Assembly: GCF_009914755.1 (NCBI RefSeq)
Contig: NC_060926.1
From: the human T2T-CHM13v2.0 reference genome, Homo sapiens
Length of the DNA: 64,000 nt
Strand: one strand, 5' to 3'
In this document: in pieces, positions 13,068-25,420 of the stretch
How positions within the stretch are numbered: the first letter of the stretch is position 1
Layout of the letters: the number at the start of each line of letters is the position of its first letter
Notes under the pieces: model-generated
Database searches by the model: none
The model's input: only the letters and a program-made list of their open reading frames with translations
What the model was told of the DNA's origin: nothing
Translations under genes and position numbers: made by a program

Positions 13068-13407
13068 ATCCTGTCCTGTTCTGTCCTGTCCTGTCCTGTC
13101 CTGTCCTATCCTATCCTTTTATTTTTTGAAACAGTCTCACTCTATTGCCCAGGCTGGAGTGATGTGGTGTGATCTTGGCTCACTGCAACTACTGCCTCCC
13201 AGGTTCAAGCAAGTCTCATGCCTCAGCCTCCCAAGTAGCTGGGATTACAGGTGTGCACCACCACATCCAACTAATTTTTGTATTTTTAGTAGAAATGGGG
13301 TTTTACCATGTTAGCCAGGCTGGTCTTCAACTCCTGACCTCAGGTGATCCGCCCTCCTTGGTCTCTCAAAGTGCTAGGATTACGTTCCTGAGCCACCAGG
13401 CCTGACC
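13068..13407 (-). mobile_element. AluS, antisense, with a tail converted to (CCTGT)n/(CCTAT)n
   Basis: Alu body about 13127-13407. TSD TAAAAAGT at 13060-13067 and 13409-13416. Confidence 0.93.
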
Positions 13408-13496
13408 ATAAAAAGTTGTTTAAAATAATTAACTCAAGATGGAGAAAAAGTTAATATTTTTCTCAGGATTGACAACTAATTACACCTCAATGGCAG

Positions 13497-15169
13497 CTTT
13501 TAAAATTTACATATAATAAATGAAGTATAATTTACATATAATAAAATTCACACAAGTTAAGTCAACAATTTGATGAGTTTTAACAAATGTTTACACATAG
13601 GAAGCCCAGGACCAATCAAGATATAAAATATTTATGTCACCCAGAAAGTATTCTCATGCCACTTTGCAGCCAATCCATATCCTAAATTCCCTCCAGGAAA
13701 TCAGATCTGACTTTTTTTTTACCCTAGAATTACTTTTATATTTTATTGACACTTACATACATAAAATTGTACTGTATGTAAGCTTTTGTATATGGCTCAT
13801 TTTGTTCATGTTTTTGATACTCATCCAATTTGTTTCATTATTTTTTATTGCTCTGTAGCATTCCATTGTAATAATGTACAACAACTTTTTATTCATTCAT
13901 CTCCAGTGGATATTTGGGTTCTATCACTTTTTGGCTCTTATGAATAAAGCTGCTATTCATGTGCAAGTTTTTAACTGCAAGGTCAGAAGATTTTTCTCAT
14001 ACCTTTTTCTTCTAAAGGTTTTTATATTTTTTGCTTTTATATTTAGGTTTATTGTCTAATACAAATTAATTTTCTCTATAGTGTGAGGTAGAGATCAATA
14101 TTCATTATTTTTCCTTTTAGAAATTCTTCTGCTTTAACAGCATTTATAAAATACATATCTATTGTCATTGGATTACTTTGGTGTCTTTTTACAAAAAACA
14201 ATGAACATATATATAGTTAGTGTATTTATGGGCTTTATTCTATTTCATTGAACTCTTGTTTATTCTTACACAATTATCACACAGTGTTGATCAGTGCAGC
14301 TTTCTAAAACCCTTGAAATCACATAGTTCTGTGTATTTTTTTCAAAACTTTTTGGCTATTCTTCTATGTTTGCATTTCCAGATAAATTTAAAAACTAATT
14401 CTAGTGTCCATAAAATTACTTTAGATGATTTTGATTGGCATTGTGTTCAATATATATGGATCAACTTGAAGAGACTAGATATCTTAATAATATTAATCTT
14501 CCAATTTATGAACATCATATAACATCATTTATTTACATAGGCTTTAATTTTTCTCAGCAATGTTTTGTCATTTTAAGTGTGAAAGTCTTGAATAATTTTC
14601 TTTACAGTTATTCCTAAATTATTACATTATATACTTTTGTAAATGAAACTGCTAAATTCACCTAATAGTTCTTGTTGCCTCTTTGTAGATTATGTAGGAT
14701 TTCCTACTAAAAAATCTTACCATCTACAAATAGCAACAACTTTAATTCTTTTCCTCCCATTTTTATGTAGTTCATTCTTATTATTACCTTATTGTACTAC
14801 CTACTACCAACAGCACAACTTTGAGTAGAGGTAGAGAATGAACATCCTTGACTCTTCCCATTTTATGGGAAAAACATTTAATATTAACCATTAAGTATAA
14901 TATCAGCAGTACGTTTTTGATATACATCCTTCATCAAATTGAGGAAATTCCATACTATTCCTAGTTTGCTGACAGTTTTTGTCACGGATGAAATTGAGTT
15001 TTGTTAAATACTTTTCCTGTTTTCACTGAATTGATCAAATGATTTGTCTCATTTATTATATTTATGGGGTGAATTGCATTAATTGATGTTTAAATATTGA
15101 AACCACTTTTGCCTCCCTGGACCTCCCTCCTCCTCTTGGTAGTGATACATTACGCTTTTTTATTTTATT

Positions 15170-15213
<44 letters not shown>

Positions 15214-16410
15214 GATTGCTGTGCTAAAATCTTAGTGAGGAGTTTTGTTGATAAGGGATCTAATTTTATCAATAATTTCAAATAGTAAATTGTTGGCTTG
15301 GATAATTTTCTCTTTTAATGTTTGTTTTCTTGTTCATAATTTGTTCTTCTACCTTTAACATATTAAAGTATAAACTTATGTCATTGACTTTTTTTCCTCC
15401 AAGGACTCTTCTAGATTTATACCATAAAGTTTCATATGTTGTGTTTGCACTGTCATTTAATTGAAAATACTGTGTTTGCTTGTAATTTCTTCTTTGATCC
15501 ATGTGCTATTTAGACAAGCACAGTTTAAATGCAAATATGTGAGGATTTTCCCATTATTATTTTTGTTATTGAATTCCTTTAATCCTTGATGGCCAGAATC
15601 AAACAATATATGATTTCTATATATATAATATAAAATATATATTCTATTTTATCGAGGAGATCTGCGGCAAACCCAAGATTTACCCAGTTTCTCTCTACGT
15701 TGGCAAGACTCCAATCTAAACTCTGTTTCTCCTGTGGATTTTGTTGAGGCATGGTTTTAAATTTTCACAGGGCAGGTCTAAAATAGACCTTCCTCTAGAA
15801 CATGGTTGTTAACTCCTTAGGCATGTATATTCCATCATCTTAGTTGCATGCTCAGAGTGCTAAAATGTTCTCTTCACTCTGACTAAACCAGAATTCTACC
15901 ATCTCCACGAGTTGCTCAAATTCTAGTATCTCTTGTGTTCCTGGCTCTGTAGCAACCACTTTCTGGTAGACCTGACATAATCTCACTCTTTGCATGCACA
16001 ACTCTACCTTTGGTGAAGAATTCATGGCCATCCTTCTCCTATGGTTTCACACACACTTCCTATGTAGTTCCCTGCTCTCCAGTGCTCTGCCCATTAGATT
16101 CCAGCCACTTCAGCCATTCTGAACTCTGAGGTCCCCAGTTCAGCAGACCCACCATATTTTATTCTATTCTAGCTCTCTGTCTGCAGCCATGAAATTGTCT
16201 CCATGCAGAAGAAAAGGAAGGGAGAGCATGGGTTCCATCTCATGAATTCTCCTTCTCTAATTGGTCACAGTTTTGCTTTACCTGTTGCCTAACACCGGAA
16301 AATCGCTGCCTTAAATTCTTTCTCTCAGTTTTATGGCTTTTTTCTTTTGTAAGAAGACTAGTCCAGTGTCAGTTATGTTATTACTTCATTGGGACCAGAA
16401 GTGAAAGTCT
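13497..16410 (-). mobile_element. Old L1M (L1ME-like), antisense, internally deleted, with 3' end and apparent 5' end
   Basis: 3'-end motif 'gaagtataatttacatataataaaattcaca...tttgatgagttttaacaaatg'; ORF2-type antisense sequence to about 15640; 5'-end-like 'ccagaagtgaaagtc' at about 16395-16410. Confidence 0.7.
15160..15212. repeat. (TTTA)n microsatellite
   Basis: Direct reading. Confidence 0.95.
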
Positions 16411-17764
16411 GCTTAATTGAATTTGTTTTAAATTCTTGGCTCACCATCTTCCATCAATTTCAATTTTCTTTAAAATATATGAAAATTCATATTGTTGCTA
16501 TATATTCTTATCTCCTTAAATGACTCTTATAGAAATAATTCAAAGTAGGAAATTTATGTATTTTTCTAATTTAAAATGATTTACAAGCCTATGTCTTCAA
16601 TTCTAAAGTTCAGTACTCTATCCTAAACATCTTTAATATAAAATAAATGTATTTTATCTCCTCTAACTCTCCATAAGTAAACTACAAATCAATAATCTTG
16701 AGGGTCCTCAAGGAGAAGTGAGAAAGGATTCTATCCTGTGTTGAATATCATTTGTATTACATGAAAATAAATTTATTTCCCTGGTTCCATTAGGCTTATC
16801 CGTATAAAAATGTTGTACAAAGCTATTTATGTACATTTTGTCACTGAGATTCTAAAATTTTTCATGATATAATAAGCACAAAATTAATCCCCAAATTTCC
16901 CTTCTAGCCATGGATTTCATCTCAATTGAATTTTATATGCTACAGAAGTGTCAGCAGTGCCTAAGTAAAAATGTATCTAAACCTCTCCAGAATACTAGCA
17001 GAGTGATTTATTCATAAGTGTTTTTTGTTTTGTTTTTTTCTTTCAACATCTTCCCTAACTAAGGAAACATGTGAAAGAATTGTGAAAGGAGTCTTATATT
17101 GTCAGGGAATCAAAATTTTTTGAAGTACAGCTTTAGTCAAAAGATAGTTTTGCTGTGAAAAGAACAAAAGAGAAAAAGAGAGAGGTTCTGCCTGAAATGT
17201 ATTAGCAATAGAGACCCGACCTTCCAACAATCTCTGAGCAGGAGAAGTTATTATGCAAATTGATGTGTCCAGCTGTTGTTCTTTTCCATGGTGGATAAAA
17301 TAAAAGGAAATAGGCTCAGATTGCAGCATGGGGGATGTAGGTTTGGCAGCTCTGCAAATGGCCCTTTGCCTGTTAGCCTGAGGAAAGTGACAACTGATTG
17401 CCGGAGGGAATTAAGAAATACTGATTTCACTATTAATATATGGTTTCTCCACCCCTAGTTGGAACACAGACCAGTTAATACTCAACTGTTATAATACTGT
17501 ATTCAACTTAACATGTAATGTAGAACTTTTATATACAGTAAAGAACATAGACAAAATTTTATAGATTTTTTTTAAAATTTGGAATTACATTCTAACAAAC
17601 AGAAAGTCTTCTCTACCTCCTTGATTTGATGGACAAAAAAAGTACTTGGGTTAAATAATTTTGACTCCTAAATAGGGCAGCAATTGAAGTAGAAATAGAT
17701 GATCCATACACAGGAACTTAGGCTTTTTCAATAATTTTTGACCTATATTATCTCACATGTTCTT

Positions 17765-17895
17765 TTATTCCCATTTTACAGAACAGGGAACTGGGTCCAT
17801 GAAAGATGGGTCACTTGGCCCAGTGGGTATTAGCAGATCTTGGAATAATACTATATCGACATGGGTCTCCTCTTGCTCAATCTAATGATCTTCCC
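17765..17895 (-). mobile_element. MIR fragment
   Basis: Core 'attcccattttacagaacagggaactggg...gtcacttggccca'. Confidence 0.65.
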
Positions 17896-17964
17896 CCAGA
17901 AGCTTCCTGGTGCTCTCTCACTCATGCGACGATGTTCAACTCTAAATTTCCTTTGGAGAGTACC

Positions 17965-18580
17965 AACGGACTTGACTGGTAAAGCCAATCACAGTGCTTG
18001 TCATACCCTCAGACCCCTCTAGAAACTCTTCTTGGGAACTGGAGGCTAAAAGTATGAGAAAATAAATCAGTTGCAGATTCTGCTGGAAAGCTTAGGAGAC
18101 ATGACAACCTGGAGTCAAGAGGAAGGAGAAGCTATGGATATTCAGAATAAGATATGCAACAGATAAAGAATCACTGATTACAGAGTGAGAAAGCAGATGG
18201 TATTTGAATAGCAGGAAGTAACACTGAGAGAGAGAGAGAGAAAAAAAAAACCAGGCAAATGGAATAATGCAGCAGTGCAGGTTAAACACAGAACACTAAG
18301 AGGATCAGAGATCTTTTGCTCCTAAGATTCCGCTCATAGCTTTGATTCTGAATGTCTTCCCAGGGGAACTCTCCTTGGGGAAGGCTTATGATTCCCATTC
18401 TTTCTAAAAGCAGGCTACCCGTACTCCCTTGCCTTGTGCTTTTTTCTGAATATGCATGGTTGACATGTTTCTGGCTACTTGGGTGTACTTATCTTGCCAA
18501 TGCCCCTACCAGCACTCAATATTTGAGGTTTCTTGAATATTATTGGTGTTTTGTCATTAAAAGACTTCAAGCAAGTGATA
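17965..18580 (+). mobile_element. Possible ancient ERVL LTR (LTR16/LTR33-like)
   Basis: 'tgactggtaaagccaatcacag' and a GA-rich centre; highly diverged. Confidence 0.3.
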
Positions 18581-18993
18581 TCAGAAAGCACTGACATCAG
18601 CGGCTGACAGAGTTAGTGCTGACAACTGAGAACAGAAATGTTTGGGGAAAATAATTTAAAATAATACTAAAATTAATGATGTTCAGTTCTATCAAGTCAT
18701 TCAGTTAGTATTTAGATGTATACATGGTTGTGAAATAAACGTATGCTTCTGAGATGAGAGAGTAAACAGATGGATTTTCCTACATATATCTTATTTTTTG
18801 ACATCCTAGGACAGTTATTTATGATCAGCATTGCAAGATTTAATCTTTATTTTAATTGTTTAAAATACTTCATCTTTGTATTCCTGGCTAGCTAGAACAG
18901 AAGTACCTTGAGGTAAAAATTCTGTAGTGTGCTTTCCTTAACTTATAGCAGTATCTTTGGAAAATTCACTGACCAAATTCAGGAAGTTTACTT

Positions 18994-19225
18994 TTTACTG
19001 AGTACCATCATGTTACAGGCAAAGTACTGAGTGCTTTATACTGCTTGGCATTTGATTTAATATTCATAAAAACCTTATTAATGATGTGTTTTTACACACA
19101 AGAATATGGTGTCTCAGAATGACAAGTGATATGCTGCACCACGATTTGGATGTATTAATAGCAGAGCTAGAATTTGAAACCAGCATCTCTGATTTAGCAG
19201 CTGCTGATATTTTCACCACTCAACG
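18994..19225 (-). mobile_element. MIR
   Basis: 'ttactgagtaccatcatg...gtgctttata...gcagagctagaatttgaaaccagc'. Confidence 0.75.
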
Positions 19226-19236
19226 CTAGCTCCTAT

Positions 19237-19375
19237 CAATTCATCGATTCATTCATACAACGCAAATGTGCGAAATATAGCTCCGTGCCAGGCACCGGCC
19301 TAGGAACTAGAGATGCAGTGCTGAACAACAACAAAAACAAGACTCCCAGCCATTCTGGAACTCCTACTCTGAGTC
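19237..19375 (-). mobile_element. L2 3' end, antisense
   Basis: 'ttcattcatacaa...gtgccaggcaccggcctaggaactagagatgcagtgctgaacaa'. Confidence 0.75.
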
Positions 19376-19727
19376 TTGACCTTTATGGTTCAGGGATTGT
19401 CCCCAAATCAGTAATCTCTATTCATTTCTTCACCCTTATCTTCAATATATAAAATCCAATGTGCAAGGTTACTATGTTGCATATACAAAATTAAGTGTCT
19501 AGTCTCTTCAGTTTTCCTTATACAGCCATATGCTTCTGATCCATCAAAAAGTTTCATTCCCAGGGTAAAGGAGTAGACTTTCCCTGAAGTCAGTAAAGGG
19601 AAATACACATCCAACCGACCCAGATATGGTAGATCATTTTTTTTCCAGAAGATACCATGGGTTTCAGTAACAAACTTCATTATTTCCAGACTACATTGTG
19701 AAATTAATTTTAATTAGCAAAACCCTC

Positions 19728-20192
19728 TTTTATGAGTTGAATTATGTCCTACCCAAAAGATATGTTGAAATCCTACCCCCTAGTACCTCAGAAGGTGAGC
19801 TTAATTGGAAATAGTTGCTGATGCAGATGTAATTAGTTAAGATGAGTTCATACTATAGTAGGGTGGGCCCCTAAACCTGTAGGATTGGTGTCCTTAAAAG
19901 AAGAGGAAAAACTTGGACACAGAGATGCACACACGGAAGACGACGGAAGAAACACAAGCAGAAGAATGTCATGTGGTGATGGAGGCAGAGATTGGAGTGA
20001 TGCATCTACAAGCTAAGGATTACCAAGGACTTCAAATACAGAAACCTAGAAGAGACAAGGAGGGATTGTCTCCTAAAGTTTTAGGGGGAGCATAAGCCTG
20101 CTAACATTTGGATCTCTGCCTTCTAGCCTCCAGTATTGTGAGACAATAAATTTCTGTTGTTTTCAGCCACCAGTTTTAAGTAATTTGTTACT
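19728..20192 (+). mobile_element. MLT1B/MLT1C MaLR solo LTR
   Basis: 'tatgagttgaattatgtcc...gatgtaattagttaagatgag...ggaggcagagattggagtgatgcatctacaagc...caataaatttctgttgttttcagccacc'. Confidence 0.88.
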
Positions 20193-21334
20193 TGGTCTTT
20201 GAAATTGAATACACCTTTATACTTCTTTTTCTTTTTCACACTCTCTTTTCTCTTTCTCCTTTTTCCTCCTTTCTACTTTTCTTATTCCTCTACTCCTTCT
20301 TGTTCTTTTCTCTCATCTCTCACTAACCAGTGGCAAGAATTTTTTAAAAAATTACTTAAGTCACCATGTCTTCCAACTTAATTGATTTCCCAGGTCTGAC
20401 ATAATCTTAGCTGTTACCTTGCAAAAGCCACTGTCTGAATTATTTGATAAAGATCCCCTTTTATCCATGAATGCCAATGAATGCTTGAAAGGTTCAGAAA
20501 CTCTCCCCTCAGTCTATGATGTTACAAAATACATGAATTGCTGGCAAAGTCTTGGAGCAATGTTGCTGCTCCATTTGGAGATGCTGAAGCATCTGTTTCA
20601 TTGATCCTCTGGCATCTTTATGTCTTCAAAGACATGCAATATTCTTCCTTAAGGGAGTTGTTACAGTGCACTGCAAACAATTAGTAAGTCTCAGGACATG
20701 TGAACATGTGGATGCTTACCAGTCCCAGGTAGATGGGGTATTTTTCCTTGGTACTCAGTGTCACAACTAATCATATTTTGCCTCTCATAGAAGCACTGGG
20801 CCACTTCAGGAAGCGATTTTTCTACTCCAGATAATCACACTGCCCTGCTGGCTATGCAAATAATCTAGTATAGAACATCCTTCTTGAAAACCTTTGCTCA
20901 AGGAAATGTTATTTTAAGACCTGATTTTGTGCAACTAAAAAGGAACACTTGTCATTGACTATTTCCTTCTTTTAACATCTCAGCTTGCAAAGTTTTCTTG
21001 GTTACTTTGCCCTTTTATGTCAGGAACAATAATGAACAAGAAGAAAGCACAAAAACATTAGAGAAAGCTCACTTCATTTTTCAGGTCAATGCAGTTTTAA
21101 ATGTATAATACACTTTTCAAAATAGGAATAAATAATATTTTCTAAGAAAGTGTATGTACTTTATGTAACAAATAATTATAAAGTGTTTTTATTATTCCTA
21201 GGGACCATAAAAGAGACAAGCTGGGAATATTATAATCTATTTCCTTAACACATTTTCAGTCTAGCAGAGGAAGCAAGCACATACACAGATGACTACCTTT
21301 CATGCACAGCATATACAGGGCAGGCTGAATGACA

Positions 21335-21570
21335 CATTGGAAAAATGTGCAGGCTCTGAAGTCACATTATCTAGGTTCAAATCCTGGCTCAGACATTTGC
21401 AAACCTCTAATCGTGAGCAAATTACTTAAACTTCTAAACTTCAGTATTCTCACTGGTCACTAAGTCCCCAGTCATGAGGCCATTTTGAGGGCCCTACGAG
21501 TTAATTTCAACATAAAGCGTTGGCATTGTTCCAGGCACATTGGGAGCCCTTAGAAATAGTAAGTTTTTAT
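21335..21570 (+). mobile_element. MIR
   Basis: 'ctaggttcaaatcctggctc...gcaaattacttaaacttcta...tcagtattctca'. Confidence 0.75.
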
Positions 21571-22272
21571 TCTACAAGAGGAAAAGATTTGGGCAAAGAG
21601 ACTGAATAAAAGTAGCCTATTACAATAGGAATGCTGTTGTGGAATATTAACAATCTGGAAGCTATTCAACTTTGGCTGTGCTGAGTAGCTTCACAAATCT
21701 GTTCAACTCTCTCTACAGAGACCAACTAGTGACAACAACCAAAGAAGGAGGAAAAAAAAAAAAGAACTACAGGACATATGAAACAATGACTTAAAAAGAG
21801 GCAGTGACATTCTCACCACCTGCCCTGTTGTCTCCTGAGGTATCAGCAGCTGCTCCAAGGAGAACACTATCTATGTCATACATGGCAATTGCTTGAATGA
21901 TTTTCTACAGAGACTTGCTATTTTTCTGTTGACAAGGCATATTGAATTGATCATTTGGCATTATATCATATTCAATTTACTGTCTCATAACACTTTATTT
22001 GTTTTATATAAGGTGCTGTGTGCCAGAGGGCTCTGATGATGTTGAAAATGTATCACTTCAGTCACTCACCTCTACTGCTAATCTTTTTTGCTGCCAGCTT
22101 TTTAAACTTGAATTAATTTGGCAACTTAGCTGTGAAGTAAGCGTAGAAAATTTACTTTTGAACATAGGTAAAGCCAGCTGGAAGCTGAGGTGTAAGGTAA
22201 AAGAATGTACTTTGTTGGAGTTTGTTATACCAGATTTTTACCATTTGTGATACCAGATTTTTACCATTTGTT

Positions 22273-23353
22273 AATATAAACTTTTTAAAGAATAAACTAT
22301 TTTAGTAAAGTTTTAGATTCATGGAAAAGCTATGAAGATAGTTCAGAGAGTTACTATACATCTAACAGTTTCCCCTACTGTTAGCATCTTATATTGTATA
22401 TGATACATTTGCAGCAACTAATGAACTAATATTGACGCATTGCTATTAACTACAGTCCATACATTTTCAGATTTCCTTAGATTTTTCGTAATGTTCTTTT
22501 TTTATTCTAGCCTGTGACCCAGGATACACATTATGTTTAGTGACCATGTTTCTTCATACTCCTTTTGGCTGAGACAGTTTTTTACACTTTCCTTGTTTTT
22601 AATGACCTTGGCCAGCTGAAGTACTGGTCAGGAATTTAATAGAATTTCCTTAATTTTAAAGTATTTTTCTCATGACGAGACTGAGAATTTGGGGATTTGT
22701 GAGGAGGACTACAGAGCTAACATTCTATGCTCACCATCATATCATATCAAGTGTGCATGCCATCAACAAGACTTAGCATGTCAACCCTGATTCCCTGGTT
22801 AAAACAGCGTTTGTCAGGTTTATACATTGTAAAGTTTCCCTTTTCTTCTTCTTTTCCATACTTCATTCTCAGGAGGGACGTCAGTTAACTTGTATGAATT
22901 TCTGCTCCATCTCCTTGAGGGTAGAGTGTCTACACAAATTATTTGGAATTCTTTAATGCTTGATATTTGTCAACCCCCCCCATTTACTTATTTATTCAAT
23001 TATTTACACCAATATGGACTTAAAGATATTTATTTTATACTTTGGGTTATAAACCAATGCTATGCTATTTATTTTACAGCTTAAATTATTTTAGCTTTGG
23101 CCATTGGGGTTCATTGAGTTGGCTCTTATATCCCTTTTACATCCCCTCATCATTGTGGGTTGTTTAGTTTTCAGAAATTTTTGAAATACTTCCTTACTTT
23201 CTGCAAATACAAGTTACTCAACAATCATCTTGCCCCAGACCCATAATTGGCCATTTCTCCAAGAGGAACTTGTTCCGCTTATGGGGGAATACTCTTAGAT
23301 AGTGAGATCTGACTATTGGGTATGCTCACTGCTCTTGGAGTGTCATTGCTTCC
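22273..23353 (-). mobile_element. L1MC (L1MC3/4-like) 3' end, antisense
   Basis: 'ttttagattcatggaaaagctatgaagatagttcagagag...cagtttcccctactgttagcatcttat...gctttggccattggg...gccatttctccaag'. Confidence 0.8.
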
Positions 23354-24289
23354 GATACCAGCCTTTTTGCCAATTGCACTTCCTCATAATTCCCTAGGAT
23401 CTCATGGACCTCAAAATGCCCAGGTCCCCACACTCTAGCAGCTCTGAACAAGCTAGCCATTGGATAGCAGGGCAGAACCATCTTTTCCCCTTCCCCAAAT
23501 GAAAAGTTCTTTACCTGTGTCCAGTTTCTTCACTGCCCTTGCAATCAGCTTCCTAAGATAATTAGTGATTTAAAACTTGGACAGAATCTTACAGTTGATT
23601 TTAAATAAGTGTTTGTTACATTGAATTGAATCTGATACTCTAATTCCCATTAAATTGTCAACAACCAATAATGAATGAAAGTGTCACTATTCACACAGGA
23701 CAATTGAATTTTTGGTAGAAAGTATCTGAAAACACAGCCATGGCTCAAATAAATGACACCAAAAGGTAGCAGATGCTCAGGAAGATGTATATGCAAGGAA
23801 GCAACCCTCAGTGCAATGATTTCTGATCTAGAATCTTGAAAAATTAAAAGGATATGGAAAATCCTATAATACATCAAACAAAATTAGAATAAACATTGTT
23901 TTCAGAAATTTGGGTGGGTATATATATGTGCCAAGTCATTATGTTCATCACATCACAATTCACATGTTTACGAGGCTGTTTTTTTCATAATTTTATGTAA
24001 GCATAAAGAAGATATTAGAAATCTGGAAGATTTCTATGCCAAATCCTAATTTGGCAAATCAAATAATTTCTGTTCCATTTTTTTTCATTTCTTTGGAAAC
24101 ATTCAGCATCATTCATAAGGGCAGTGGCATGTCATACTCGTCAGTTTTTCTTTGCTGTGGTCTGCTCTTATGGATATGGAAAAGTAAAATCAATCTGTGA
24201 GAGGAACCACATTCTTTGCTTCTACTTCCAGGCTTATTATCTTTATTAAGTGACATTCCCATCCATCAGGTAAGCCGTAAGAAAATTAA

Positions 24290-24465
24290 GTGTGTGGGTT
24301 TAGCTTTATACATAATTCAAGTTCTGTCATTCGTAACTGTGAAGCTTTAGCCCAATAACCTCAGTTGACTCATTTGTATAATGGAACTAATGATACTATG
24401 TACTGGTAGGGTTGTTGTAATCGCTAGGAACATTTAGTATGGCGTGCATTCAGTAAATATTGTAA
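24290..24465 (+). mobile_element. MIR (diverged)
   Basis: 'aacctcagttgactcatttgtataatggaactaatgatac...tagggttgttgt'. Confidence 0.6.
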
Positions 24466-24809
24466 GCAAGTCAGTATTTTGTAAACTACAGATGACAACT
24501 TCTGAGTGAATCATGAAGTCAATTGAATGAGCTGTCGAAACATTAAAATAATAGAATTATTTTATAAACAGCATGACTAACAGCATACTTAACAGCTCAA
24601 CAGAGTACACTCAAGTAGTTAGAGTAAATTTAATATCCAAAACTTTTGTTCTGTGTGCATGCATGCTTGTGTGTTTCTGTGTGTCTGTGTATGTGTGTGT
24701 GAGACTGTTATGTCTGTGTATAAGAACTAAGTCATTAGTTAAAATGCATTTCCTACTAATGGTCATGATAAGAATTATTTGAAATTCCAGACAGATGCTT
24801 CTTTACTAG

Positions 24810-25420
24810 TAATTAAATTGACCCTTCCCTACCCTTCTTTAAAGCTCAGCTTTCCCTTTTGGGGTAAACCTTCCTTTACCTCACTCTCTTGGTTAAAACA
24901 TTTCTCACAATGTGAACCCCTAAATTGTACAGTTATCAGAGTCACATTGTTCATGTGATTGTTTGATTAATAGCTGCATCTCTTTTTAGCCAGTAAAGCT
25001 GCTGAAAGTGATGATTTGTCCTTTTTGCTCACACCTGTGTTCCCTGCATCTAACACGGTGCCTGGCCCACAACAGATGCTGATAAAATATTAAATGAATG
25101 AATGTGTCCTCCATGTCCTCCCACATCACTTCAAGCATATGCAGCCATTATGTCCTATAAATTCTTTGTACTTAATATCCCTCAGGTTCATCCACTCCAC
25201 TGCATTATTTAGGCAACTTAAATCTTCTTGTATGAATTTCAGCAATATTCTTCTAACTGGCTCCTTATCTACGCCCTGCTGCTTTTCCTCCCACTGAATC
25301 CAATTAATTTTCTCCCTAAGTGATTTTTTACTAAAATAAAAATCTGATCATGCCACCTCTCAGCTTAGTATCTTTCAATGGCATCTAATTGCCCTTAGGA
25401 AGATGTTTAAACTCTTATTA
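24810..25420 (+). mobile_element. L2 fragments
   Basis: 3' end 'acacggtgcctggcccacaacagatgctgataaaatattaaatgaatgaatg', then 'aaatctgatcatgccacctctc...ttgcccttaggaa'. Confidence 0.65.

Noticed and set aside
22060-22075. Isolated strong minus-strand donors (AG|GTGAGT here; similar near 20715 and 26432)
   Set aside because: No convincing upstream acceptor at exon distance; expected by chance in 64 kb.
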